Below, piece after piece: positions 17,969-27,926 of a stretch of DNA of 64,000 bases. The position numbers and the translations under genes are program-made. The notes under the pieces were generated by a model. The model worked only from the letters and a program-made list of their open reading frames with translations, had not been told where the DNA came from and did no database searches. Origin of the DNA: Alistipes sp. (lineage in GTDB: Bacteria; Bacteroidota; Bacteroidia; Bacteroidales; Rikenellaceae); contig JAZQZQ010000025.1 in assembly GCA_045634125.1 (NCBI GenBank), positions 49,941 to 113,940 of the forward strand, written 5' to 3'. The first letter of the stretch is position 1. Each line of letters begins with the position of its first letter.

Positions 17969-18523
17969 TTAGTGGCAGCCGTTGCAGTCGCAACCATCGC
18001 CGCACTCGTGCTCACCGCAGCCACCGCCGCAGTCGCCACAACCGCAACCACCACCCATAATCTGAGAAAGATCCTCAGGAGTAGTGTCGCGTACAGCAAC
18101 AACAGTAACGTCGAAGTTCAAGGTCTTACCAGCCATAGGGTGGTTGAAGTCCATCATTACAGACTCCTCCTTAACCTCCTTCACAACGCCCATCATATGC
18201 TGACCCTCAGCTGTAGACATTGGAATCTGGCTACCTACGAACAAAATCTCCTCAGCAACCTTGCCGTCCATCATAAACACTGTCTTTGGAAGCTCCACGA
18301 TAGCCTCAGCGATAACCTCGCCGTAGCCATCCTTAGCCTCAAGAGTGAATGATACAGACTCACCTGGCTCCTTATCCATAATAGCCTCCTCGAACTTAGG
18401 AAGCAACATACCCATACCACAGATAAACTCAAGTGGCTGACCTGGCTGTGACTGGTCTGCAACCTGACCATCTACTGTAAGCTTGTAGTCTACAGAGACC
18501 ATCTTACCGTTTTCAACTTTCAT
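17969..18523 (-). CDS. slyD: FKBP-type peptidyl-prolyl isomerase SlyD
   Basis: DFNHPMAGKTLNF, FKBP with IF domain, Cys/Gly-rich metal-binding tail. Confidence 0.93.
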   Translation of the reverse strand: MKVENGKMVSVDYKLTVDGQVADQSQPGQPLEFICGMGMLLPKFEEAIMDKEPGESVSFTLEAKDGYGEVIAEAIVELPKTVFMMDGKVAEEILFVGSQIPMSTAEGQHMMGVVKEVKEESVMMDFNHPMAGKTLNFDVTVVAVRDTTPEDLSQIMGGGCGCGDCGGGCGEHECGDGCDCNGCH

Positions 18524-18564
18524 ATCTATACTTTTTTAAGTTAATAAATCGCGTTTAGCGAGCG

Positions 18565-18596
18565 CAAAGATAACGTCTTCCTCGGTAGTTGCCAAA
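18565..18596 (-). promoter_or_regulatory. Sigma-A promoter of slyD (-33 TTTG / -7 TATCTTTG)
   Basis: Minus-strand TTTG (18596-18593) and TATCTTTG (18572-18565), 20 nt apart. Confidence 0.6.
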
Positions 18597-18927
18597 TTTA
18601 TAGTGTGAAAAGTGAAAACTATTTTAAAAGGTATAAACTTTTTTCGTATCAACAATTTTTATTGACAGATTATTGCATATTCTGAAAAAAAAATAATCGG
18701 ACAAGCATCCCAAGTGTGCGCGTATTTATATATAGGTATAATACGTATATATGGGCTAAAACGAAAAAAAAGCACGTGAACTTAAAAAAAAGTGGTCAGA
18801 GTGTTTCTCGTTTCACAAAATAGTTATATATTTGCACTCGATTTTCCGTCAAAACCCCTAAAAAGGGGCGCGGATTGTTCTTTGAAAGAGCGAGTACAAA
18901 AATTTTTTGAAAAAAGTTGCAAAAAAA

Positions 18928-18958
18928 TTTGCAAGTTAAAAAAAATGATGTACCTTTG
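18928..18958 (+). promoter_or_regulatory. Sigma-A promoter of the tRNA-tuf operon
   Basis: TTTG (18928-31), 19 nt, TACCTTTG (18951-58). A second TATATTTG at 18827-34 suggests tandem promoters. Confidence 0.65.
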
Positions 18959-18976
18959 CACTCCGAAATGGTTAAC

Positions 18977-19050
18977 GCCGATGTAGCTCAGTTGGCCAGA
19001 GCAGCTGATTTGTAATCAGCTGGTCGGGGGTTCGAATCCCTCCATCGGCT
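18977..19050 (+). tRNA. tRNA-Thr(TGT)
   Basis: Acceptor GCCGATG/CATCGGC, anticodon loop TT-TGT-AA, GGTTCGAATCC. Confidence 0.97.
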
Positions 19051-19090
19051 CACCCAAGCCTTGAGATTTTCTCAAGGCTTGTAAATATTA

Positions 19091-19173
19091 GGGAAGATAC
19101 CAGAGTGGCCAAATGGGGCAGACTGTAAATCTGCTGGCGCACGCCTTCGGTGGTTCGAATCCATCTCTTCCCA
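19091..19173 (+). tRNA. tRNA-Tyr(GTA)
   Basis: GGGAAGA/TCTTCCC, CT-GTA-AA loop, long variable arm. Confidence 0.97.
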
Positions 19174-19248
19174 CAAAATTGACGCCGTCGGAGTTTCAAA
19201 GTCTTGCTCGATATTGCGAGTGGGAGTTGCTCTGAACGGTGTATTTTT

Positions 19249-19321
19249 GCGGAAGTAGCTCAGTTGATAGAGCAATAGCCTTCCAAGCTATGGGTCGCGA
19301 GTTTGAGCCTCGTCTTCCGCT
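19249..19321 (+). tRNA. tRNA-Gly(TCC) with A19/U56
   Basis: GCGGAAG/CTTCCGC, CT-TCC-AA loop; D-loop AGTTGATA, T-loop TTTGAGC. Confidence 0.95.
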
Positions 19322-19430
19322 CATAAGGGTCAGCGTGTGGCACAACACTTCAATAGGAGAGGTGTGTGTTGCGCGATTGGTCTGTAAAATTTAAAGAATA
19401 GTAACTTTAAAACTTAAAACATATATTACT

Positions 19431-20618
19431 ATGGCAAAAGAAAAATTTGATCGTTCGAAACCACACGTGAACATCGGTACTATCGGTCACGTTGACCACG
19501 GTAAGACTACTCTTACTGCTGCTATCACAACTGTATTGGCAAATCGCGGTCTCTCTGAGAAGCGTGACTTCGATTCAATCGATAATGCTCCAGAGGAGAA
19601 GGAGCGTGGTATCACCATTAACACAGCTCACGTTGAGTATCAGACTGCAAACCGTCACTACGCTCACGTAGACTGTCCAGGTCACGCCGACTATGTAAAG
19701 AACATGGTTACTGGTGCTGCTCAGATGGATGGTGCTATCCTTGTAGTTGCTGCTACTGATGGTCCTATGCCTCAGACTAACGAGCACGTACTTCTTGCAA
19801 AGCAGGTAAACGTTCCACGTATCGTTGTTTTCTTGAACAAGTGTGATATGGTTGACGATCCTGAGATGCTTGATCTTGTTGAGATGGAGGTTCGTGATCT
19901 TCTTTCTAAGTATGACTTTGACGGTGATAACGCTCCAGTTATCCGTGGTTCAGCTCTTGGTGGTTTGAACGGCGAGCCAAAGTGGGAGGAGAAGATTATG
20001 GAGCTTATGGATAGCGTTGATGAGTTTATCCAGTTGCCTCCACGTGAGAACGAGAAGCCATTCTTGATGCCAGTTGAGGACGTATTCTCAATCACAGGTC
20101 GTGGTACTGTAGTAACAGGTCGTATCGAGACTGGTATTATCCACGTAGGTGATCCAGTTGAGATCATCGGTTTGGATGAGGAGATCCGTACATCAACTTG
20201 TACAGGTGTTGAGATGTTCCGTAAGCTTCTTGACCAGGGTGAGGCTGGTGATAACGTAGGTCTTTTGATGCGTGGTCTTGATAAGAAGGACGTTAAGCGT
20301 GGTATGGTTGTTGCTAAGCCAGGTTCTATCACTCCACACACTAAGTTCTCTGCTGAGGTTTATATCCTCAAGAAGGAGGAGGGTGGTCGTCACACACCAT
20401 TCCACAACAAGTACCGTCCTCAGTTCTACCTCCGTACAATGGATATCACTGGTGAGGTAATGCTTCCAGAGGGTGTAGATATGGTTATGCCAGGTGACCA
20501 CGTAACTATCACTGTTCAGTTGATCTACCCAGTTGCGTTGAACGAGGGTCTTCGTTTCGCAATCCGTGAGGGTGGCCGTACAGTAGGTGCAGGTCAGGTA
20601 ATCAAGGTTCTTGAGTAA
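19431..20618 (+). CDS. tuf: Elongation factor Tu
   Basis: [22 protein letters not shown]. Confidence 0.99.
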   Translation: MAKEKFDRSKPHVNIGTIGHVDHGKTTLTAAITTVLANRGLSEKRDFDSIDNAPEEKERGITINTAHVEYQTANRHYAHVDCPGHADYVKNMVTGAAQMDGAILVVAATDGPMPQTNEHVLLAKQVNVPRIVVFLNKCDMVDDPEMLDLVEMEVRDLLSKYDFDGDNAPVIRGSALGGLNGEPKWEEKIMELMDSVDEFIQLPPRENEKPFLMPVEDVFSITGRGTVVTGRIETGIIHVGDPVEIIGLDEEIRTSTCTGVEMFRKLLDQGEAGDNVGLLMRGLDKKDVKRGMVVAKPGSITPHTKFSAEVYILKKEEGGRHTPFHNKYRPQFYLRTMDITGEVMLPEGVDMVMPGDHVTITVQLIYPVALNEGLRFAIREGGRTVGAGQVIKVLE

Positions 20619-20641
20619 TCAATTTCCTAAGATATAACCAA

Positions 20642-20666
20642 AAGAGGCAGGTTCTGCCTGCCTCTT
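20642..20666 (+). terminator. Hairpin between tuf and tRNA-Trp
   Basis: AAGAGGCAGG/CCTGCCTCTT, followed by ATTT. Confidence 0.5.
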
Positions 20667-20670
20667 ATTT

Positions 20671-20741
20671 AGGAGCATAGTTCAAGGGTAGAATAGCGGT
20701 CTCCAAAACCGTTGATGGGGGTTCGAATCCCTCTGCTCCTG
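20671..20741 (+). tRNA. tRNA-Trp(CCA)
   Basis: AGGAGCA/TGCTCCT, CT-CCA-AA loop, GGTTCGAATCC. Confidence 0.96.
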
Positions 20742-20763
20742 CTTATTAAAATGAGATTTAGTT

Positions 20764-20949
20764 ATGTTTAAGTACTTTAAGAATTCATACAACGAGTTGG
20801 TGAACAAGGTAACTTGGCCATCGTATGAGCAGCTTCTTGGCTCTACAAAGGTCGTTTTGGTTGCCTCAGTAATCTTCGCATTGGTTGTATTGGCCATGGA
20901 TCTCGTATTCGAGGGTCTTATGAATGGCATTTATAACTTGTTGGGCTAA
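20764..20949 (+). CDS. secE: Preprotein translocase subunit SecE
   Basis: ELVNKVTWP motif, one TM helix, synteny. Confidence 0.95.
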   Translation: MFKYFKNSYNELVNKVTWPSYEQLLGSTKVVLVASVIFALVVLAMDLVFEGLMNGIYNLLG

Positions 20950-20968
20950 TTATAAGCTTTAAGAAACA

Positions 20969-21529
20969 ATGGGAGAGATTACTAAGCAGTGGTATGTAGT
21001 CCGCGCTATTGGTGGCAAGGAGAAGAAGGTTAAAGATTATATCGAGGCCGAAATTCGTCACAGCCACTTGGAGGAGTACATATCACAGGTACTTATTCCG
21101 ACTGAGAAGGTCTATACAATTCGTAACGGAAAGAAAGTATCGAAAGAGAAGGTTTCGTATCCAGGATATGTCCTAATCGAGGCCGCTCTGGAAGGTCAAA
21201 TACCACTAATCATACGCAACATACCTAATGTGCTTGGTTTCTTAGGTGATACTAAGGAGGACAGCCGAAAGATGAATGCTACACCACTACGTCCACAGGA
21301 GGTGAGCAGAATTCTTGGTCTTGTAGACGAACTAAGCCAGCAGGATGAGCAGAACGAGATTCCATTCGTTGTCGGCGAGACCGTCAAGGTTACAGACGGT
21401 CCATTCTCAAGCTTCCAAGGTACCATTGAGAGTGTCGATAGTGAGCATCGTAAACTCGTTGTGAGCGTAAAGATTTTTGGACGCAAGACTCCTATGGAGT
21501 TGAGCTTTACACAAGTTGAAAAAGAATAA
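20969..21529 (+). CDS. nusG: Transcription factor NusG
   Basis: WYVVR, YPGYVLI, KOW motif VKVTDGPF, IFGRKTP. Confidence 0.97.
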   Translation: MGEITKQWYVVRAIGGKEKKVKDYIEAEIRHSHLEEYISQVLIPTEKVYTIRNGKKVSKEKVSYPGYVLIEAALEGQIPLIIRNIPNVLGFLGDTKEDSRKMNATPLRPQEVSRILGLVDELSQQDEQNEIPFVVGETVKVTDGPFSSFQGTIESVDSEHRKLVVSVKIFGRKTPMELSFTQVEKE

Positions 21530-21545
21530 TTAACCAAGGAAAATT

Positions 21546-21986
21546 ATGGCAAAAGAGGTTGCTGCATTTATTAAATTGCAGATCAAAGGTGGTGCTGCCA
21601 ATCCTTCACCTCCAGTAGGTCCTGCATTGGGTTCAAAGGGAGTCAACATCATGGACTTCTGCAAGCAGTTCAATGCACGTACACAGGCTCAGGCAGGTAA
21701 GGTTCTTCCGGTCATCATCACTGTTTACAGCGATAAGTCGTTTGACTTTGTAGTTAAACAGCCACCGGTAGCCATTCAGCTCAAGGAAGCAGCCAAGGTT
21801 CAGACAGGTTCGGCTCAGCCTAACCGTCAGAAGGTTGGTCAGGTAACATGGGATCAGGTAAAAGAGATCGCAGAGTGCAAGATGCCTGATATGAACTGCT
21901 TCACTATTGAGGCTGCTATGCGTATGGTAGCTGGTACTGCACGCAGTATGGGTATCAACGTAGTTGGTGAATTTCCTAACATGTAA
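21546..21986 (+). CDS. rplK: 50S ribosomal protein L11
   Basis: [19 protein letters not shown]. Confidence 0.99.
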   Translation: MAKEVAAFIKLQIKGGAANPSPPVGPALGSKGVNIMDFCKQFNARTQAQAGKVLPVIITVYSDKSFDFVVKQPPVAIQLKEAAKVQTGSAQPNRQKVGQVTWDQVKEIAECKMPDMNCFTIEAAMRMVAGTARSMGINVVGEFPNM

Positions 21987-22000
21987 CGAAAATTACAAGA

Positions 22001-22696
22001 ATGAGTAAGTTGACAAAAAATCAAAAGATTGCCTACGCAAAGGTCGAGGACAAGGCGTACAAGCTTTCTGAGGCTGCAGCTCTTCTAAAGGAAATTACCT
22101 TTACGAAATTTGATGCTTCAGTAGATATTGACGTGCGTCTCGGCGTAGATCCTCGTAAGGCAAATCAGATGGTTCGTGGCGTTGTTACATTGCCACACGG
22201 TACAGGTAAGACTGTTCGTGTTTTGGTTCTTTGTACTCCAGATAAGGAGGCAGAGGCTCAGGCAGCTGGCGCAGACTATGTAGGTCTTGACGAGTACATT
22301 GAGAAGATCAAGGGCGGTTGGACAGATGTAGACGTAATCATCACTACACCTAACGTAATGGGTAAGGTTGGTGCTTTGGGTCGTATTTTGGGTCCACGCG
22401 GTTTGATGCCAAACCCTAAGACTGGTACAGTTACAATGGATATTGCTAAGGCTGTACAGGAGGTTAAGGCAGGTAAGATCGACTTCAAGGTTGACAAGTA
22501 TGGTATTATCCACACTGCTATTGGTAAGGTGTCTTTCACACCAGAGCAGATTGTAGATAACGCTAAGGAGGTTCTAAGCACAATTATTAAGCTTAAGCCA
22601 TCAGCAGCTAAGGGTACATATGTAAAGAGTATTTTCATCTCTACAACAATGAGCCCAGGTATTGAGGTTGATACTAAGTCAGTTGATAACAAGTAA
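22001..22696 (+). CDS. rplA: 50S ribosomal protein L1
   Basis: [27 protein letters not shown]. Confidence 0.99.
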   Translation: MSKLTKNQKIAYAKVEDKAYKLSEAAALLKEITFTKFDASVDIDVRLGVDPRKANQMVRGVVTLPHGTGKTVRVLVLCTPDKEAEAQAAGADYVGLDEYIEKIKGGWTDVDVIITTPNVMGKVGALGRILGPRGLMPNPKTGTVTMDIAKAVQEVKAGKIDFKVDKYGIIHTAIGKVSFTPEQIVDNAKEVLSTIIKLKPSAAKGTYVKSIFISTTMSPGIEVDTKSVDNK

Positions 22697-22715
22697 TTGA
22701 GGAGGATAGAAAATT

Positions 22716-23240
22716 ATGACTAAGCAAGAAAAGTTGGCCGTTATCAACGGTCTTACCGAGCAGCTTCAGAACTACCCTCACTTCTACTTGGTTGACATCG
22801 AGGCTTTGAACGCTGAGCAGACTGCAAATTTGCGTCGTCAGTGTTTCGAGAAGAAGGTAAAGCTTGTTGTTGTTAAGAACACATTGCTTTGCAAGGCCTT
22901 GGAGAATGTTGGCAAGGCTGACGAGGAGTTGGTAGCCGTATTGAAGGGCTCAACATCAATTATGTTCACAGAGACAGGTAAGGCTCCTGCGCAGCTCATT
23001 AAGGAGTTCCGCAAGAAGTGCGATAAGCCTGTTTTGAAGGCAGCAAACGTTGAGGGTAGTGTTTATGTTGGTGACAACCAGCTTGACGCACTTTGCAACA
23101 TCAAGAGCCGCGAGGAGCTTATTGGCGATATCGTTATGCTCTTGCAGTCGCCTGCTAAGAACGTCATTTCTGCTTTGCAGTCAAATGCAGGTCAGAAGAT
23201 CGCGGGTCTCGTAAAGGCCCTCGAGGAGAGAAATAACTAA
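22716..23240 (+). CDS. rplJ: 50S ribosomal protein L10
   Basis: VVKNTL, SREELIG, synteny. Confidence 0.97.
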   Translation: MTKQEKLAVINGLTEQLQNYPHFYLVDIEALNAEQTANLRRQCFEKKVKLVVVKNTLLCKALENVGKADEELVAVLKGSTSIMFTETGKAPAQLIKEFRKKCDKPVLKAANVEGSVYVGDNQLDALCNIKSREELIGDIVMLLQSPAKNVISALQSNAGQKIAGLVKALEERNN

Positions 23241-23277
23241 TTCAAAGAAAAACAAAAAAATTTAATAAATTACAACT

Positions 23278-23655
23278 ATGGCAGATATTAAGGTATTGGC
23301 AGAGGAGTTGGTAAACTTGACTGTTAAGGAGGTAAACGAATTGGCTACAATCCTCAAGGAGGAGTACGGTATTGAGCCAGCTGCTGCAGCTGTTGCAGTA
23401 GCAGCTCCTGCTGCAGGTGCAGGCGAGGCTGCTCCTGCTGAGAAGTCAACTTTTGATGTAATCTTGAAGAGCGCTGGTCAGGCTAAGCTTCAGGTTATCA
23501 AGGTTGTTAAGGAGATCGCAGGCTTGTCATTGGGCGATGCTAAGGCTTTGGTTGATGGCGCTCCTAAGGCTATTAAGGAGGGTATCTCTAAGGAGGAGGC
23601 TGAGTCTATCAAGGCTGGTCTTGAGGAGGCAGGTGCTGAGGTTGAGCTTAAGTAA
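23278..23655 (+). CDS. rplL: 50S ribosomal protein L7/L12
   Basis: Ala-rich hinge, [13 protein letters not shown]. Confidence 0.99.
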   Translation: MADIKVLAEELVNLTVKEVNELATILKEEYGIEPAAAAVAVAAPAAGAGEAAPAEKSTFDVILKSAGQAKLQVIKVVKEIAGLSLGDAKALVDGAPKAIKEGISKEEAESIKAGLEEAGAEVELK

Positions 23656-23690
23656 TTCCTAAGGGATTATTAAGTCTCTCACCAACCTTT

Positions 23691-23730
23691 AAGGTGTAGG
23701 GCTTACGTCAAGTAAGCTCTATGCCTTTTC
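23691..23730 (+). terminator. Terminator/attenuator after rplL
   Basis: AAGGTGTAGGGCTTAC-gtcaa-GTAAGCTCTATGCCTT with G-U pairs and a T-run. Confidence 0.65.
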
Positions 23731-24047
23731 TGGTCTAATATTCAGAAGTGCTTATATTGCTGTGTCTGAATTTTAGATAGTTTGATGCTCTCAGAGTGTA
23801 CATTGTTGACACTGAGGGCATTAGCGGGATAATAAAGTTCCGAAAAATTTCGGCTTATGCCCATATCGTTGCCTCTTGGAACTAGCGAGACTCTTGTTGT
23901 GTTGTCTTGCCGTGATGTCAGAGAGGAGCTTGCACCAAGGGCGTTGGTAACGACGCTTGAGGAGCAGGTCAAGACGATGCGTTGTCGGATGTCTACCGAC
24001 CGGTAATAGGTCCCAAGTGTATAATTTCACTAAAACCATTGGATTAT

Positions 24048-27000
24048 ATGTCCACAACACAACAGCGAATAAGCTTCTCTACAATCAAGAACAGGGTGCC
24101 TTACCCTGACTTGTTGGAGATTCAGCTTAAATCATTCAGAGATTTCTTCCAGCTTGACACCACAGCCGAGAATCGCAAGAACGAGGGCTTGTACAAGGTG
24201 TTCAACGAGAATTTCCCAATCACAGACACCAGAAACAATTTCGTTCTGGAGTTCATCGATTACTACATTGACCAGCCTCGCTACACCATCGAGGAGTGTT
24301 TGGAGCGTGGTTTGACTTACAGTGTGCCTCTCAAGGCGAAGCTCAAGCTCTACTGTACTGACACCGAGCATGAGGACTTTGATGAGGTAGTACAGGATGT
24401 CTACTTTGGTCTAATCCCTTACATGACCGAGCGCGGTACCTTCATCTTCAACGGTGCTGAGCGCGTGGTTGTATCTCAGCTTCACCGTTCTCCAGGTGTG
24501 TTCTTTGGTCAGAGTATGCACACCAACGGTACAAAGCTCTATTCAGCACGTATCATCCCATTCAAGGGTTCTTGGATTGAGTTTGCTACAGACATCAACA
24601 ACGTAATGTATGCTTACATCGACCGTAAGAAGAAGTTACCTGTAACAACATTGTTGCGTGCTATTGGCTTTGAGACCGACCAGCAGATTTTGGAGATCTT
24701 CGACCTTGCAGACGAGGTTAAGGTTACTAAGGCAAACCTTAAGAAGAATGTAGGTCGCAAACTCGCAGCTCGTGTTCTTTCGACATGGGTTGAGGACTTC
24801 GTAGATGAGGATACTGGTGAGGTTGTATCTATTGAGCGTAATAAGGTTATCGTAGATCGTGAGGTAGAGCTTCAGGAGGAGCATATTGACGAGATTATCG
24901 AGTCGGGTGCTAAGTCCATCTTGTTGCACAACGAGACTCCATCAGGTCTTGACTTCTCGATTATCTACAACACCCTACACAAGGACCCATGTAACTCCGA
25001 GAAGGAGGCCGTTGTCTACATCTATAGACAGTTGCGCGCTTCGGAGCCACCAGATGAGGCTACTGCTCGTGATGTTATCGAGAAGTTGTTCTTCTCAGAT
25101 AAGCGTTACGACTTGGGCGATGTAGGTCGTTTCCGTATAAATAAGAAGTTGGAGTTGAGTACTGATCCTAACACTCGCACACTTACACGTGAGGATATCA
25201 TCGAGATCATCAAGTACCTTATCCAGCTAATCAATTCGAAGGCTGAGGTTGACGATATCGACCACTTGTCAAATCGTCGTGTACGTACTGTAGGTGAGCA
25301 GCTTGCCAACCAGTTCTCTGTTGGTTTGGTGCGTATCGCACGTACAATCCGCGAGCGTATGAACGTTCGTGATAACGAGGTCTTCACTCCAGAGGATTTG
25401 ATCAATGCTAAAACATTGGCGAGCGTAGTGAACTCATTCTTCGGTACCAGCCAGTTGTCTCAGTTTATGGATCAGATCAACCCATTGGCTGAGATTACCC
25501 ACAAGCGTCGTCTTTCAGCGTTGGGTCCTGGTGGTCTTTCACGTGATCGTGCTGGTTTCGAGGTTCGAGATGTACACTATACACACTATGGTCGTTTGTG
25601 TCCTATCGAGTCTCCTGAGGGTCCTAACATCGGTCTTATCTCATCTTTGTGTGTATTCGCGAAGATTTCAGATATGGGCTTTATCGAGACCCCATACCGT
25701 AAGGTTAATGATGGTGTGGTAGACCTTAACCCAGATAATATCCGTTACTACTCTGCAGAGGAGGAGGAGGGTCAGACTGTAGCTCAGTCAAATGAGCCTA
25801 TTACAGATGATGGACACTTCATCAACACTGACCGTATCAAGGCACGTTTGGGTGCAGACTTCCCTGTAGTACGCGATACAGAGGTTGACCTTGTGGATGT
25901 TGCACCTAATCAGGTTGCATCTATCGCTGCCAGCCTTATTCCTTTCCTTGAGCATGATGATGCGAACCGTGCGTTGATGGGATCTAACATGATGCGTCAG
26001 GCAGTGCCATTGGTGCGTCCAGAGGCTCCTATCGTAGGTACAGGTATTGAAAAGGAGATGATCGTGGATAGCCGTATTCAGGTTGTTGCTGAGGGCGATG
26101 GCGAGGTTGTATTTGCTGATGCTACTCGTATCGAGGTGCGTTATGACCGTTCTGAGGATGAGCAGATTGCAACATTCCAGCCAGAGGTTACAGTATACAC
26201 ACTTCCACGCTACCGTCGTACAAACCAGAATACGACAGTAACACTTAAGCCTACAGTATTGACTGGCGATAAGGTTACTAAGGGTCAGATTTTGACTGAG
26301 GGTTACTCAACCGAGAAGGGCGAGTTGGCATTGGGTCGTAACCTTAAGGTGGCGTTCATGCCATGGAAGGGTTACAACTTCGAGGATGCGATTGTTATCT
26401 CGGAGCGTATCCAGCGTGAGGATATCTTCACTTCTGTACACGTTGACGAGTATATCATGGAGGTTCGTGATACTAAGCGTGGTGTCGAGGAGCTTACATC
26501 AGATATTCCAAACGTATCGGAGGATGCAACCAAGGATTTGGATGCAAACGGTATTATCCGTATTGGTGCTAAGGTAACTCCAGGCGATATTCTTATCGGT
26601 AAGATTACGCCTAAGGGTGAGAGCGATCCATCACCAGAGGAGAAGTTGCTTCGTGCAATCTTCGGCGATAAGGCTGGCGATGTTAAGGATGCTTCACTCA
26701 AGGCACAGCCATCATTGCACGGTGTTGTTATCGACACTAAGCTTTACAGCCATGCTCAGAAGGAGGGTAAGCGTAACCGCGCTGCTGAGAAGGCTCAGAT
26801 GGAGCAGCTCGATGCAGAGTATGCAGAGAAGATTGCAGATCTTACTAAGATTTTGGTTTCTAAGTTGTGGCGTTTGTTGGAGGGTAAGACTACAACAGGC
26901 ATCTACGACTACTATAATGTTGAGTTGTTCGCTGCTGGCGAGAAGTTTACTGAGAAGATGCTTGAGAGCATTGCCTCAACAAGTTTCGACAGCAAGACAA

Positions 27001-27902
27001 ATGTACCTAACGGCTATATGACCCTTGGTCAGACACGCTGGACAGGTGATGCACATGACGACGCTCTAATCTCGCTAACTATCAATAACTACATTATTGA
27101 GTGTAAGAAAGTTGCAGCAGCCGTTAACCGCGAGAAGTATAACCTTACTAACGGTGATGAGATTCCTACATCTGGTGTTATCCAGATGGCTAAGGTTTAC
27201 ATCGCTAAGAAGCGTAAGCTTAAGGTTGGTGATAAGATGGCGGGTCGTCACGGTAATAAGGGTATTGTTGCGAAGGTGGTACGCGATGAGGATATGCCAT
27301 TCTTGGAGGATGGTACTATCGTAGACATCTGTCTAAACCCACTTGGTGTGCCTTCGCGAATGAACCTTGGTCAGATTTACGAGACTGTTCTTGGTTGGGC
27401 TGGTCGTGAGTTGGGCTTGAAGTTCGCAACACCTATCTTCGACGGTGCATCTTTGGATCAGATTAACGAGTACACTGCCGAGGCAGGTATCCCACATAGT
27501 GGTCGTACTTACCTCTACGATGGTGGTACTGGCGAGCGTTTCGATCAGCCAGCAACTGTAGGTGTTATCTACATGCTTAAGCTTGGTCACATGATTGACG
27601 ATAAGATGCATGCTCGTTCTATCGGTCCATACTCACTCATCACACAGCAGCCACTTGGTGGTAAGGCACAGTTTGGTGGTCAGCGTTTCGGAGAGATGGA
27701 GGTTTGGGCATTGGAGGGCTTCGGTGCTGCAAACATCCTTCAGGAGATTCTTACTATCAAGTCTGATGATGTTGTGGGTCGTGCTAAGGCATACGAGGCT
27801 ATTGTCAAGGGTGACAATCTACCACGCCCAGGTGTTCCTGAGGCTATGAATGTGCTTCTACACGAGTTGCGTGGTTTGGCACTGTCGGTAAAACTTGAGT
27901 AA
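24048..27902 (+). CDS. rpoB: RNA polymerase beta subunit
   Basis: [34 protein letters not shown]. Start placed at ATG 24048 ([10 protein letters not shown]). Confidence 0.99.
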   Translation: MSTTQQRISFSTIKNRVPYPDLLEIQLKSFRDFFQLDTTAENRKNEGLYKVFNENFPITDTRNNFVLEFIDYYIDQPRYTIEECLERGLTYSVPLKAKLKLYCTDTEHEDFDEVVQDVYFGLIPYMTERGTFIFNGAERVVVSQLHRSPGVFFGQSMHTNGTKLYSARIIPFKGSWIEFATDINNVMYAYIDRKKKLPVTTLLRAIGFETDQQILEIFDLADEVKVTKANLKKNVGRKLAARVLSTWVEDFVDEDTGEVVSIERNKVIVDREVELQEEHIDEIIESGAKSILLHNETPSGLDFSIIYNTLHKDPCNSEKEAVVYIYRQLRASEPPDEATARDVIEKLFFSDKRYDLGDVGRFRINKKLELSTDPNTRTLTREDIIEIIKYLIQLINSKAEVDDIDHLSNRRVRTVGEQLANQFSVGLVRIARTIRERMNVRDNEVFTPEDLINAKTLASVVNSFFGTSQLSQFMDQINPLAEITHKRRLSALGPGGLSRDRAGFEVRDVHYTHYGRLCPIESPEGPNIGLISSLCVFAKISDMGFIETPYRKVNDGVVDLNPDNIRYYSAEEEEGQTVAQSNEPITDDGHFINTDRIKARLGADFPVVRDTEVDLVDVAPNQVASIAASLIPFLEHDDANRALMGSNMMRQAVPLVRPEAPIVGTGIEKEMIVDSRIQVVAEGDGEVVFADATRIEVRYDRSEDEQIATFQPEVTVYTLPRYRRTNQNTTVTLKPTVLTGDKVTKGQILTEGYSTEKGELALGRNLKVAFMPWKGYNFEDAIVISERIQREDIFTSVHVDEYIMEVRDTKRGVEELTSDIPNVSEDATKDLDANGIIRIGAKVTPGDILIGKITPKGESDPSPEEKLLRAIFGDKAGDVKDASLKAQPSLHGVVIDTKLYSHAQKEGKRNRAAEKAQMEQLDAEYAEKIADLTKILVSKLWRLLEGKTTTGIYDYYNVELFAAGEKFTEKMLESIASTSFDSKTNVPNGYMTLGQTRWTGDAHDDALISLTINNYIIECKKVAAAVNREKYNLTNGDEIPTSGVIQMAKVYIAKKRKLKVGDKMAGRHGNKGIVAKVVRDEDMPFLEDGTIVDICLNPLGVPSRMNLGQIYETVLGWAGRELGLKFATPIFDGASLDQINEYTAEAGIPHSGRTYLYDGGTGERFDQPATVGVIYMLKLGHMIDDKMHARSIGPYSLITQQPLGGKAQFGGQRFGEMEVWALEGFGAANILQEILTIKSDDVVGRAKAYEAIVKGDNLPRPGVPEAMNVLLHELRGLALSVKLE

Positions 27903-27926
27903 GCGAACTTAAAAAACTTGGACATT

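Noticed and set aside
18620-18800. oriC or dif site in the AT-rich gap before the tRNAs
   Set aside because: No cluster of DnaA boxes and no convincing XerC/D arms. Divergent promoters explain the region.
18977-20741. Genomic island or prophage integrated at a tRNA
   Set aside because: No duplicated tRNA 3' end, no integrase, and core synteny is intact.
23742-24060. ORFs 23742-23972, 23821-24060 and the rpoB extension from 23982
   Set aside because: No protein features. RpoB homology begins at ATG 24048, and the region is better explained as a structured leader.
25430-25560. Rifampicin-resistance allele in rpoB
   Set aside because: Residues equivalent to E. coli Q513, D516, H526, S531 and L533 are wild type. 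The Ile at 518 is at a position that varies naturally.
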